The notes below the pieces were generated by a model. The model worked only from the letters and a program-made list of their open reading frames with translations, had not been told where the DNA came from and did not search any database. The position numbers and the translations under genes were made by a program. A stretch of DNA of 64,000 nucleotides from Nitrospirota bacterium (GTDB lineage Bacteria > Nitrospirota > Thermodesulfovibrionia > Thermodesulfovibrionales > UBA9159): NCBI GenBank assembly GCA_963699545.1, contig CAVOUE010000005.1, forward strand, positions 448,001-512,000, given 5' to 3'. Positions 17,570-27,238 of this stretch are shown in pieces; the first letter of the stretch is position 1; every line of letters starts with the position of its first letter.

Positions 17570-18943
17570 CTAATTTCCTATATCATACTCTTTCATCTTT
17601 TTCCAGAGAACTTTCCGGCTGATCCCCAGCCGCTTCGATGCCTCGACCTTCTTCCCGTTGGACTCTTTCAGTGCACTAATGATCATCTGCCTCTCGAGCA
17701 TGTCTACACTGGCCTGGAGCGTAACGTCATCCGCCTCCGATCCTCCTTCCACCCTTGTGACCCCTGAGAACTCTTCGGGAAGATCCCTCAGGTCGATCGA
17801 CCTGTTTTTTGAGAGCAGCACCGCTCTTTCCACAGCGTGTTTCAGTTCGCGGATATTCCCCGGATAGGAGTATGAGAGCAGGGCTTCATACGCTGACGGG
17901 GCTATTTTCAGCTCCGCTTTGGAAAAAGCTTCTCCAAAATACTTGATGAAATGCTCTATGAGATAGGGGATGTCCTCTTTCCTTTCCCTGAGCGGCGGTA
18001 CGACGATAGGAACCACGTTGATCCTGTAAAAAAGGTCTTCTCTGAACCCTCCTGTCCTGATCACCGCCTTAAGGTTCTTGCCCGTTGCGTAAATCCCCCG
18101 GGCATCAATCCTGATCGCTTCAGCGCCCCCGAGGCGCGTCACGGTATGCTCTTCAATGACCCTCAGCAGTTTTGCCTGGAGTCCTAAAGGCATTTCGCCT
18201 ATCTCGTCGAAGAATATACTTCCGCCGTTGGCGATCTCGAATTTCCCTTTCCGCGTCTCGGTCGCACCGGTGAAGGTTCCCCGTTCGTGTCCGAAGAGTT
18301 CAGATTCAAAGAGAGTCTCGGGGATAGCGGCACAATTAATTTTGATGTAAGGATTACTCTTTCTCCTGCCGAGATTATGGATAGCATTCGCGACCAGTTC
18401 CTTTCCCGTGCCGCTCTCTCCCTGGATCAGAACAGGCACGTCGGTCCCGGCCACCGATTCGATACGGTCAAAGACGCCCCTCATCGCGTTGCTTACCCCG
18501 ATGAGATTTTCGAAACCTGTCTTCTCGCTGAGGGAGTTCCTCAGGCGGTGGATTTCCCTCTCAAGGTTCCGAAAATTCAGAAATCGGTCGATGGTTATCA
18601 GTAGTTCCTCAGTTGAGAACGGCTTCGCGATGTAGTCAAAGGCCCCGTCTTTGATCGCCTGTACCGCGGTCTTAACCTCAGCGTGGGCGGTCATTATGAT
18701 GACGCCCGTATCGGGGGAAACTGACTTTATCCGGTTCAGTATCATAAGCCCGTCATAATGCGGGAGCTTGAGGTCCGTAATGACGAGAGCGAATCCGCCT
18801 GAGGCGGACTCTTTTTCTATCGCGGATATGCCTTCTGCTCCATCCTCGCACGTTTTGACGGCATACCCTGAGGACAAGAGGGCATGGCTCATTCCGAGCC
18901 TCATGGACGGTTCGTCCTCGATGATGAGTATCGTATTCTTCAT
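17570..18943 (-). CDS. Sigma-54-dependent response regulator (NtrC family)
   Basis: REC domain, GESGTGKE, GTFTGA (GAFTGA), FREDLFYRINV, C-terminal Fis HTH. Confidence 0.96.
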   Translation of the reverse strand: MKNTILIIEDEPSMRLGMSHALLSSGYAVKTCEDGAEGISAIEKESASGGFALVITDLKLPHYDGLMILNRIKSVSPDTGVIIMTAHAEVKTAVQAIKDGAFDYIAKPFSTEELLITIDRFLNFRNLEREIHRLRNSLSEKTGFENLIGVSNAMRGVFDRIESVAGTDVPVLIQGESGTGKELVANAIHNLGRRKSNPYIKINCAAIPETLFESELFGHERGTFTGATETRKGKFEIANGGSIFFDEIGEMPLGLQAKLLRVIEEHTVTRLGGAEAIRIDARGIYATGKNLKAVIRTGGFREDLFYRINVVPIVVPPLRERKEDIPYLIEHFIKYFGEAFSKAELKIAPSAYEALLSYSYPGNIRELKHAVERAVLLSKNRSIDLRDLPEEFSGVTRVEGGSEADDVTLQASVDMLERQMIISALKESNGKKVEASKRLGISRKVLWKKMKEYDIGN

Positions 18944-20880
18944 GATGCAACAGGCAATCGCACCGTAAATGTCGTCCCCTGCCGGGAACTCCGGACAACG
19001 ATCCTGCCGCTGTGCTGCTCAACAATGGACTTGCTCACCGACAGACCGAGGCCGGTCCCCTCACCCACCGGCTTCGTCGTGAAGAACGGCTCAAAGACAT
19101 GCGGCATGACCGTCTCGGGGATACCGGCCCCCGAATCCGAGAAGGACGCAATGCAATGACCGTCTTCAGAAAAGGTCTCGATCACCAGTTCCTTTGGTCT
19201 GCCGTCATTCATTGCATGGATCGCATTCAATATGATATTGAGGAACACCTGTTCCATCTTGTTCTGGTCCACCATGATCTCCGGCGCGTCAGGAGCAAGC
19301 TTCCTGATTACCTTGATATCCTGTTTTGCTATGAGATACTCGGTGAGTTTCAGCACATTCTCGATCAGCGTGTTGACGGAGACGCTTGAGACGCTCAGGG
19401 CGGATTTCTTCGAGAAGTCCAGCAGCTGCCTGATAATGTCCTGTATCTTCACCAACCCGGAGTTGATCACATCGATATGCTTCTTTTTCGTCTGCCCGTC
19501 CATCTCGGTCGTCATGAGATTGTGGAAACAAAGCCTCACTCCGCCAAGGGGGTTGTTGATTTCGTGGGCAATTCCTGCGGAGAGCTGTCCCATGGCGGCC
19601 AGTTTGTCCGCCATGCGCATCTGCTCCTCGACGTTCATTTTGTCGGTGATATCCTTGACATAATGGACGGCCTTGACGACATTCCCGCCTTCATCAAAGA
19701 GGGGATAAAAATGAACATAGTAGAATTGCCCATCCCCACCTTCCCAATATTCCGAAACGGCCCTCTTTTCCCTTTTGGCCTTATCAAGAAAACAAACAGG
19801 GCAGTGCGTATCTGAGTCACAGTCTTTAGAATGACACTCCTTCGCGAAAACGGCACTTATACCCTTTGCTATCCATTCGCGGTAGGTGCTATTCGTTATC
19901 TCCAGGGAACAGTCGGGGTTCACAAGGGCAAGGGGATCACTTATGCCCTCGAAGATCGAGTGCAGCGTTTCTGCATTCTTTCTCAGATCCTCCTGGGCGC
20001 TGAAGAGATGTTTCGCCATCTGATTGAACGATTCCATCAATTCTCCAATCTCATCCTTTGAGGTAATGGGAAGGTCCTGGTTAAGCGGCTCCGTGCCCCT
20101 GACGATTCCGTCGAATATGGTAGTGAGCTTTGTCAACGGCCTGCTGACTAAACTCCAGAAAGCCCCTTGCAGCGAGAAAAAGAGAAAAAGGAGAGATCCA
20201 AAACCGAATACAAAGGTGGATATGGCGATTCCCTTTATCTGCCCAAGGGTAACTGCCAGAGGGATCATTACCGACTCTGCCCCCATTATCTCCCCCTCTT
20301 TCCATCCGAAACCACCCTGAGTTCCGTATTTCTTCACCAACCCCCGGGGCGCGCGCATGGGATCACCATGACATTTCAGGCACCCATCTTTTGCCTTTAT
20401 CGGCCTCGCCCTGACAAGATACTCCTGCCCTTTCACCGCCACAATACCGTTCCAAGACGTCTTGTCCGGATCCTTTTGGAAAGAGAGTATCATTTTCTCG
20501 TGGAGGGCGTCGGCCTTGTTGACCTGGTTCAGCGGGTTCAGTGACATCCTATTGTAAACGTAGTCCTTCAGTTCCCTGTTGAAGCGTGCCATGACCTCGT
20601 GTCTCACATGGGTCGTAGACATGGCCTCAACAATAAAATCATCCTGATCATTCAGGTGTGGAAGTATTTCAAACATCCTGGGACGGAGCACCTCGTTGAC
20701 ATAGCTGCCCACCGCCCCAATCTGGGTCATTATGATAAGGGTCTTTTCACTGGCATCTTCAACCACCCTGTCTTTCAAGTTCGTGTAGAGCAGGAAGGAA
20801 AAGATGACGCAGAAAATGAGAAGGATGAAAACTACGGCGAGGGTAAACTTCGTGCTAAGCCTTAGGTTCTGTATTTTCAT
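18940..20880 (-). CDS. Sensor histidine kinase with periplasmic heme-c (DUF3365-like) domain, HAMP and Cys-rich PAS
   Basis: Two TMs, CLKCH, AHEINNPL, FFTTK, GTGLGL. Confidence 0.92.
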   Translation of the reverse strand: MKIQNLRLSTKFTLAVVFILLIFCVIFSFLLYTNLKDRVVEDASEKTLIIMTQIGAVGSYVNEVLRPRMFEILPHLNDQDDFIVEAMSTTHVRHEVMARFNRELKDYVYNRMSLNPLNQVNKADALHEKMILSFQKDPDKTSWNGIVAVKGQEYLVRARPIKAKDGCLKCHGDPMRAPRGLVKKYGTQGGFGWKEGEIMGAESVMIPLAVTLGQIKGIAISTFVFGFGSLLFLFFSLQGAFWSLVSRPLTKLTTIFDGIVRGTEPLNQDLPITSKDEIGELMESFNQMAKHLFSAQEDLRKNAETLHSIFEGISDPLALVNPDCSLEITNSTYREWIAKGISAVFAKECHSKDCDSDTHCPVCFLDKAKREKRAVSEYWEGGDGQFYYVHFYPLFDEGGNVVKAVHYVKDITDKMNVEEQMRMADKLAAMGQLSAGIAHEINNPLGGVRLCFHNLMTTEMDGQTKKKHIDVINSGLVKIQDIIRQLLDFSKKSALSVSSVSVNTLIENVLKLTEYLIAKQDIKVIRKLAPDAPEIMVDQNKMEQVFLNIILNAIHAMNDGRPKELVIETFSEDGHCIASFSDSGAGIPETVMPHVFEPFFTTKPVGEGTGLGLSVSKSIVEQHSGRIVVRSSRQGTTFTVRLPVAS

Positions 20881-20970
20881 CTCTCCCCTCGAGAGTCCGA
20901 AAGAACCCTCTCCGCTAATTGTATAAAGAGCACGGGAGAAAATGCAATGAAAGAAGCAGGCCCAATGGCC

Positions 20971-21453
20971 TTATGGGATAGGCAGGACCTCTCCTTCCAT
21001 ACTCTGGAGATCTACCAGGGCAATAGTGGACTCCCCTTTATGCAGCCGGGCGGCCTTTCCGGGATTGACAATGAGGGCGTCCTTCCTCCTTCTCACATCA
21101 GGCCTGTGGGTGTGTCCGTGCACGATGAGGTCGAAATGTCCGCAGTCGGCGAGCGCGTCTGCCAGATCAGGCTCATGCACCACCACGATCTTCTTCCCGT
21201 CGAGGGTCATGACGAGGGGCTGAGAGGAAAGATTCCCCTCCGACCGCTGCCTGAGGAGCAGCCTGTCCCCATCATTGTTCCCGAAGACACCGGAAATCCC
21301 GCAGTTCAGCTCATCCAAAACATCAAAGGTAAAGGGCGATACAAGGTCTCCTGCATGGACCACATGGGAAACTCTGCGGGCATTGAAGATGTCCACTGCC
21401 GTCCTTATCGCAGACATGTCATCGTGAGTGTCCGATAGTATTCCGATCAGCAT
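20971..21453 (-). CDS. YfcE/MJ0936 family metallophosphoesterase
   Basis: SDTHD, HAGD, GNND, GHTH, NPG. Confidence 0.92.
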   Translation of the reverse strand: MLIGILSDTHDDMSAIRTAVDIFNARRVSHVVHAGDLVSPFTFDVLDELNCGISGVFGNNDGDRLLLRQRSEGNLSSQPLVMTLDGKKIVVVHEPDLADALADCGHFDLIVHGHTHRPDVRRRKDALIVNPGKAARLHKGESTIALVDLQSMEGEVLPIP

Positions 21454-21519
21454 GCATTTAACAAAAACGGGTGAGGGAATATCCCTCCGTTCCCTCACCC
21501 GCCGCACTATGAACTGTGA

Positions 21520-21723
21520 TCAGATCTTTACCACATTTGCGGCTTTCAGGCCCTTTTCATCCTCCACAATATCGAACTGGACCCTCTGACCCTCTGCCAA
21601 CGTCTTAAATCCATCGGTGGTGATGGCTGAAAAATGGACAAAGACATCAGGACCGTTATCCTGCTGGATAAAACCATAGCCCTTTGCTTCGTTGAACCAC
21701 TTCACCTTTCCTTCCAGTGACAT
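21520..21723 (-). CDS. cspA: Cold-shock protein
   Basis: [23 protein letters not shown]. Confidence 0.97.
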   Translation of the reverse strand: MSLEGKVKWFNEAKGYGFIQQDNGPDVFVHFSAITTDGFKTLAEGQRVQFDIVEDEKGLKAANVVKI

Positions 21724-21891
21724 ACTTCGTAAATCCTCCTTCGTGCTCCTGCAAAAAATACCGAAACGTCCAGGACATTTCAGGTTCTGTCTCTTCCTTT
21801 ATACCATTCATTTCCCCCTATGTCAACTCAAAAAAGAGAGGGGACAGGTTGACAAAAGAGAGCGGGCTGTATTTAAATAAAAGTCTCATTC

Positions 21892-21967
21892 GGGCGGATA
21901 GCTCAGCTGGGAGAGCAATGCCCTTACAAGGCATGGGTCACAGGTTCGATCCCTGTTCCGCCTACCA
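21892..21967 (+). tRNA. tRNA-Val (TAC)
   Basis: 76-nt cloverleaf, ATGCC-CTTACAA-GGCAT anticodon arm, GGTTCGA, CCA end; TTGACA at 21849. Confidence 0.96.
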
Positions 21968-22057
21968 TACGTCTTTGAAATGGAGTGATGAGTGAGGGCT
22001 TCCCTCCTCTTTCACTCTGAACTTTGAACTCAAGAATCTGCCTTGCAGGTTTTTGCT

Positions 22058-22134
22058 GGGGTGGTAGTTCAGCTGGTTAGAACGCCTGCCTGTCACGCAG
22101 GAGGTCGCGGGTTCGAGCCCCGTCCACCCCGCCA
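22058..22134 (+). tRNA. tRNA-Asp (GTC)
   Basis: 77 nt, CCTGC-CTGTCAC-GCAGG anticodon arm, GGTTCGAG, CCA end. Confidence 0.96.
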
Positions 22135-22425
22135 GTTTTTCCTTTATATTTCAATAGCTTAGTTCCGCCTAAATTGCCCATTTGCACCAATCTGTGCACC
22201 ATCTGCAACGCTTCTGAGCATCGTAAAGATTTACGGGAGAAGTCCGCAGTAACGTATGCCTCACCGGCGCGGCGTAGCTGCGTCCTGATGCAGGCAATAG
22301 TTAAAGACTACCAGTAATTACGGACCAATTGTCTTTGTGATCTGGCAAATTGTAACCTTTCACTTGGCCTTGGCGTCTCAATAGCAGGTATAACGATGTA
22401 ACACACAAATGGAAGAGGAGGATTT

Positions 22426-22794
22426 ATGAGAAAGATTCTTGTAACTCTTATCGTTGCAGGTCTTCTATCATTAACATACGCAGAACCGGTGTTTGCCCAC
22501 GGATGGGTCATTCCAGCGGCCATTATCGGTACGGTGATCAATCTTGCAGCCACAGCAGCCACAGCACCAGCGACATACGGTTATGCACCTGGAACATACT
22601 ACGCTCCTGGAGCATATTATGCGCCAAGAGTATATGCAGCACCGACGGGATATTATGCGCCAACGGTATATGCAGCACCGACGAGATACTATGCGCGGAG
22701 AGCGTATGCAGCAGCGACGAGATATTATGCGCCAAGAGTATATGCAGCACCGACGAGATACTATGCGCGGAGAGGGTACTATCCCGTCAGATAA
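22426..22794 (+). CDS. Secreted Tyr/Ala/Pro-rich tandem-repeat protein
   Basis: GAGGAGG RBS, signal peptide, ~4.5 copies of a 12-aa (36-nt) unit YYAPRVYAAPT(G/R). Confidence 0.75.
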   Translation: MRKILVTLIVAGLLSLTYAEPVFAHGWVIPAAIIGTVINLAATAATAPATYGYAPGTYYAPGAYYAPRVYAAPTGYYAPTVYAAPTRYYARRAYAAATRYYAPRVYAAPTRYYARRGYYPVR

Positions 22795-23121
22795 TTGGCT
22801 TTTATACAGATATGATTATTCAAGCCCAGAAGGAGAGGGTATTTAGGGAACTCGGAATATCAGTGCTATCTGATGCAGTGAAGATGGAAAAAGTAGAAAC
22901 GCTGTTTCCCGCTGATTTCAGTTAGGAGATTTCGGAAAAAGAATAAATACTATCAGATACCCATCGCGGCTTAAACAACTATCTTAAGGTGGGCTTGATA
23001 TTGAGTACACCGACTACCTGATAGTTATAACAAGTTGAAACAGGTGAAGATTACAGCTTGACCTTTCCCCGAATTGATGGACACACCTAAAGATTTGTAA
23101 GATGGAAGAGGAGGTGTGTGT

Positions 23122-23424
23122 ATGGGGAAAGAGGATAAACGGCGGCATTTCACCGGTGAGTTCAAGAGGAATGCAGTGCAACTGGTCACGGAAAAGGGGA
23201 TGCCAGTAGGTAGGGTAGCGCGGGAGCTTGATATTCATCCAAATTTGCTTCATCTGTGGAGAAGGAGATTGCTGAAAGATGGTGAGAAGGCCTTTGTGGG
23301 CAAAGGGCATTCAAGTCCTGAGGGAGCGGAGATAAAGCAGCTCTGTAAGGAATTAGAAAAGGTGAAGGAAGAGAGGGATATTTTAAAAAAAGCCTTGGCC
23401 GTATTCTCCAAACAAAGCAGATGA
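23122..23424 (+). CDS. IS3 transposase OrfA
   Basis: HTH RRHFTGEFKRNAV...VARELDI, ERDILKKA. Confidence 0.93.
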   Translation: MGKEDKRRHFTGEFKRNAVQLVTEKGMPVGRVARELDIHPNLLHLWRRRLLKDGEKAFVGKGHSSPEGAEIKQLCKELEKVKEERDILKKALAVFSKQSR

Positions 23425-24278
23425 AGTATGGGTTTATGGAAGAGCACCGGGAGAAGTACAAGGTGGGAAGCATGTGTGAGGTGTTGAAGGTATCCAGGAG
23501 CGGGTATTATGCGTGGCGCAGTCGTCCGGTCAGCACGAGGGTAAAAGACAATCGTGAGCTGCTGGGGCACATACGGGAGGTCCACACTCAAAGCAGAAAG
23601 CTGTACGGTAGTCCCCGGATCACCGTTGAGCTCAATGAACAGGGTGTCAAATGCGGGAAGAACCGGGTAGCCAGGATCATGAAGGACCATGCAATATGTG
23701 GGGAAGTGAAAAAGAGGAGATTCAGGCGGACTACCGATTCACGGCATGATTATGCCCTGGCGGCAAACCTGCTGATTGAAAAGAGACAGACAGAGGGGGT
23801 ATGGGCATCAGATATAACATTTGTTCCCACTTCCGAGGGCTGGCTGTATGTGGCGGCAGTGATGAATGTCAGAAGCAGGAGGATTATCGGGCTGTCCATG
23901 AGCGCCAAGCTCTCTCAGGAACTCGCCTCTGATGCGCTGAAGGCGGCAGCAAGCAGGCAAACCCCTTCCGAGGGGCTCATCCACCATTCTGATCGAGGCA
24001 GACAGTACGCGAGCTATGCATATCAGGAGCTTCTCAGAGAATACGACATTACCCCGAGCATGAGCAGAAGTGGCAATTGCTATGATAATGCCTATGCCGA
24101 GTCGTTCTTCGGTACCCTCAAAACGGAATTGGTCCACGGTGAGAAGTACCGTTCAAGGCTGGAGGCAAGGCTCAGCATATTTGAGTACGTGGAAGTGTTC
24201 TATAATCGTCAGAGGAAACACTCGGCATTAGGGTATAGGAGTCCGGAGCAATATGAACGGCTCCTTGATGAAACTTAA
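23421..24278 (+). CDS. IS3 transposase OrfB (DDE)
   Basis: WASDIT, HHSDRGRQY, DNAYAESFFGTLKTE. Confidence 0.95.
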   Translation: MKYGFMEEHREKYKVGSMCEVLKVSRSGYYAWRSRPVSTRVKDNRELLGHIREVHTQSRKLYGSPRITVELNEQGVKCGKNRVARIMKDHAICGEVKKRRFRRTTDSRHDYALAANLLIEKRQTEGVWASDITFVPTSEGWLYVAAVMNVRSRRIIGLSMSAKLSQELASDALKAAASRQTPSEGLIHHSDRGRQYASYAYQELLREYDITPSMSRSGNCYDNAYAESFFGTLKTELVHGEKYRSRLEARLSIFEYVEVFYNRQRKHSALGYRSPEQYERLLDET

Positions 24279-24324
24279 CTGGGTGTCCACTTTTTCGGGG
24301 GAAGGTCAGATTGTATTACACAAT

Positions 24325-24353
24325 AAAAAAGGGCGAGATTTCCGCCTCGCCCT
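24325..24353 (-). terminator. Intrinsic terminator of the IPTL-CTERM gene
   Basis: Minus strand AGGGCGAG...CTCGCCC-TTTTTT. Confidence 0.8.
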
Positions 24354-24383
24354 CGACCATTTAATTTTATGAACCTCTATTAA

Positions 24384-25058
24384 TTAATTTTCTGTTCTTC
24401 TCCGTTTCCTCAGGTAATATAGAGAGCCTATTCCTGCAAGTGCCATAAAGATTATCATACCCCACTCATTCATGGTGGGGACATTAGTAGCCATCTGTGC
24501 AGGTCCGCCTGCGTCAAGAATTACACCGTCTGCCATCATGTCATCATCGCCCCGCTGACCATCACGGAAATGCACCATGACTACATTGCTACTAATCTCG
24601 GCACCTGTCATTGTCATCATGTCATACATAAAATCATACCAATGGGGCATAGAGTCCATAGCGGTAGGACCATGCCTCCTATACATTAACCCCATAAGAG
24701 AAAGAGGCATGTCGTCTGAATGTTTAAAGAAGGTCAAAGTTACCATAGGTGAGAAAAACATTCCTGCTTTAGAGGTCCGTTCCGCAGATGCCGGGTTCAT
24801 CATCGAATCGCATGGGTCAAGTTGGACTTTAAATGATATAAGTCCGTAGGGATAATCAAAGAAATGGTCATTTCCAACGGCTTCCTCTGTGGTGACAGAA
24901 ACATCACAAACATAGCCAACATCTGCGGAAATAGTAAATTCACAATCACCCGTAGCACATGGAATGGCGGCTGGTTGTGCTTCGCTATCCGATATGCCGA
25001 AAGATATGAGGAGAACTGCCATCAGCAATGTTCCGATAATCATTTTCCTGCAAAACAT
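24384..25058 (-). CDS. Met-rich exported protein with choice-of-anchor-U-like domain and IPTL-CTERM sorting signal
   Basis: Signal peptide; PYGLISF...DGQRGDDD...DGVILDAGGP; C-terminal VPTMNEWGMII-TM-RKRRR. Confidence 0.8.
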   Translation of the reverse strand: MFCRKMIIGTLLMAVLLISFGISDSEAQPAAIPCATGDCEFTISADVGYVCDVSVTTEEAVGNDHFFDYPYGLISFKVQLDPCDSMMNPASAERTSKAGMFFSPMVTLTFFKHSDDMPLSLMGLMYRRHGPTAMDSMPHWYDFMYDMMTMTGAEISSNVVMVHFRDGQRGDDDMMADGVILDAGGPAQMATNVPTMNEWGMIIFMALAGIGSLYYLRKRRRTEN

Positions 25059-25531
25059 AGATTGCTCCTTTCATTGCGAGGTTAATAAATTGAAGTCCTT
25101 TTAGTAATGAAAGTTTATCAAGCAGAGTGTCGGATGTCAACACACACGCTATATTAATTGTGCATATATTGCCCACTAAAAAAGGGGCTTGGTTATCCAG
25201 GCCCCTTCTGCTTGTTACCGACTACCTGAGAGTTATAAAAAGACGCAACTGGTGCGAATTAGCATTTGAAAGAAACAAAAAAGGGATGTATTGTTTCACA
25301 CACCCCTCTAAAACCAGCAACGCCATTTATGTTCGGCTTTAGCCCGTTTCCTTAGGACACGCAAGGGGTCTCAATGGCATTTTTTTGTGCGGAATGAACA
25401 TTTCACGCAGAAAGACGCATGCGCATTTAACGACTGACAGCGTGTGAAGAATGTGGCGACATTTTGGGGTTTCAAAAATCCATGGTACGATTGACACAAG
25501 GATAGAAGCGAAAGGGTAAGGAGGGGAAGCC

Positions 25532-27238
25532 GTGGAAGAGAAACCTGGTCTCGCAGATTTAAGTGTCAAGACAGAGCTGAGTCAGAATCCAAAAAAATCC
25601 CGCAAACAAACCTGTGATGGAGCTGATTTGGATCGCCGTTCTTTTCTTTGGCGGCTTGGTGTCGGGGCCACAACTGTGGTCGGTCTCAGTTCCGTAAAAC
25701 TTCTGAATATGGAATCCGTGGCAGAGGCAGAGGATCTCGGCCCACTGAACGATTCGAGACGCAGAAACGTTGCGGAAATAATTCGCTTTGATGCAGCCAA
25801 ACTGGCTAAGAATCGTCCTCCTGTCACACATCCTACCAATGGCGAGGAAGAGCTTTATCGTAATAAGATCGCAAACTATTCCAAGGGCTTACCCCACAAC
25901 AAATTGGGCGAAGTGAATTTGAAGGCATACAATGCCTTGCTCAGGGCACTGTCAACAGGAAGACCGGAAGACTTTGAAGCGATCCCCCTGGGCGGCAGCC
26001 GCAAACTGACGAATCCTCAAGCCGGGTTGGCATTTGATTTGGAAGGCCCTGATTCGCATCACCTGTCGACTCGACCCTCGCCCAAAATCGCCGGCCCGGA
26101 GGCAGCGTCCGAGTTGGCCGAGGTATACTGGATGGCGCTTGTGCGGGACGTGCACTTTATGGATTACGACGCTGATCCGACGATCGACGCAGCAGCATCC
26201 GAGCTTTCGGCGTTTAGCGATTTCCGGGGGCCGAAAATCAACGGAAATGTTATACCCGACACGATCTTCAGGGGCAATACCGAGGGAGACCTTTTCGGGC
26301 CTTATATTTCCCAATTCCTCTGGCTCGATATCCCCATGGGTGCGCTCAGTATTCCACAGATGATGCAGACTGTCATGCCTGCCATAGACTACCTGACGGA
26401 CTACAATGAGTGGCTGAACATTCAGAATGGTGCTGCGGCCATGCCCTATATGCATGACCCAGTACCCCGTTATATTCGCAACCTGCGTGATATGGCTGAG
26501 TGGGTACATATGGATGCGCTCTACCAGGCTTATCACCAGGCATGCCTGATTTTGCTGGGAATGGGTGCCCCAGTGAATCACGGTAATCCTTACGTACGCT
26601 CACGCACGCAAGTCGGCTTTGGCACATTCGGTGGACCACACGTTTTAAGTCTCGTTACCGAAGTCGCTACACGTGCGCTCAAGGCAGCATGGTTCCAGAA
26701 GTGGTTTGTTCACAGAAGGTTAAGACCTGAGGCCTTTGGAGGGCTGGTTCATCATACAAGATATGGCACCGCCAAGTACCCCGTTAACCGTGAGATTTTG
26801 GATTCCATGACCTTGGATAGAATCTTCTCCACGCATGGCACTTATCTTCTTCCTGTGGCGTTTCCGGAAGGATCGCCCGCCCACCCATCATATTGCGCCG
26901 GGCATGCCACGGTAGCAGGTGCCTGCGTGACGATTTTGAAGGCGTGGTTTGACGAGTCTTTTGTTATTCCCAACCCGGTCGTGCCAGATGCTTCAGGCAC
27001 ATCGCTCTTGCCTTACAACGGTGATGACCTGACAGTCGGTAACGAACTCAACAAACTCGCTGCCAACGTGGCGCTTGGGCGCAATGCTGCAGGTATACAC
27101 TACCGCAGCGACTACACGGAATCCGTCAAGGTGGGTGAGAATGTCGCCATCGGTATCCTCCAGGAACAGAGGGAGACCTATAATGAAGATGTCAGTTTTA
27201 CGTTCACCAGATTCGACGGCACTACAATCACAATCTGA
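25532..27238 (+). CDS. Tat-exported vanadium-dependent haloperoxidase
   Basis: DRRSFL twin-arginine signal; vanadate motifs KWFVHRRLRP, HPSYCAGHA, GRNAAGIHYRSD. Confidence 0.9.
   Translation: MEEKPGLADLSVKTELSQNPKKSRKQTCDGADLDRRSFLWRLGVGATTVVGLSSVKLLNMESVAEAEDLGPLNDSRRRNVAEIIRFDAAKLAKNRPPVTHPTNGEEELYRNKIANYSKGLPHNKLGEVNLKAYNALLRALSTGRPEDFEAIPLGGSRKLTNPQAGLAFDLEGPDSHHLSTRPSPKIAGPEAASELAEVYWMALVRDVHFMDYDADPTIDAAASELSAFSDFRGPKINGNVIPDTIFRGNTEGDLFGPYISQFLWLDIPMGALSIPQMMQTVMPAIDYLTDYNEWLNIQNGAAAMPYMHDPVPRYIRNLRDMAEWVHMDALYQAYHQACLILLGMGAPVNHGNPYVRSRTQVGFGTFGGPHVLSLVTEVATRALKAAWFQKWFVHRRLRPEAFGGLVHHTRYGTAKYPVNREILDSMTLDRIFSTHGTYLLPVAFPEGSPAHPSYCAGHATVAGACVTILKAWFDESFVIPNPVVPDASGTSLLPYNGDDLTVGNELNKLAANVALGRNAAGIHYRSDYTESVKVGENVAIGILQEQRETYNEDVSFTFTRFDGTTITI

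Larger units (their letters stand above)
23059..24308 (+). mobile_element. IS3 family insertion sequence (1250 bp)
   Basis: TG...CA ends, 26-bp IRs TGACCTTTCCCCGAATTGATGGACAC / TGACCTTCCCCCGAAAAAGTGGACAC; A7G slippery site at 23385-23392 with open -1 frame. Confidence 0.95.

Noticed and set aside
22371-22386. GG-N10-GC upstream of the Tyr-rich gene
   Set aside because: Spacing fits but the match to TGGCAC-N5-TTGC is weak and no enhancer is evident.
22615-22780. 36-nt tandem repeats as a possible CRISPR array
   Set aside because: The units are contiguous with no unique spacers, lie in frame in a signal-peptide ORF, and no cas genes are present.
25374-25390. Sigma54-like TGGCAT...GC upstream of the haloperoxidase
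   Set aside because: GG-to-GC spacing is 11 nt rather than the required 10.
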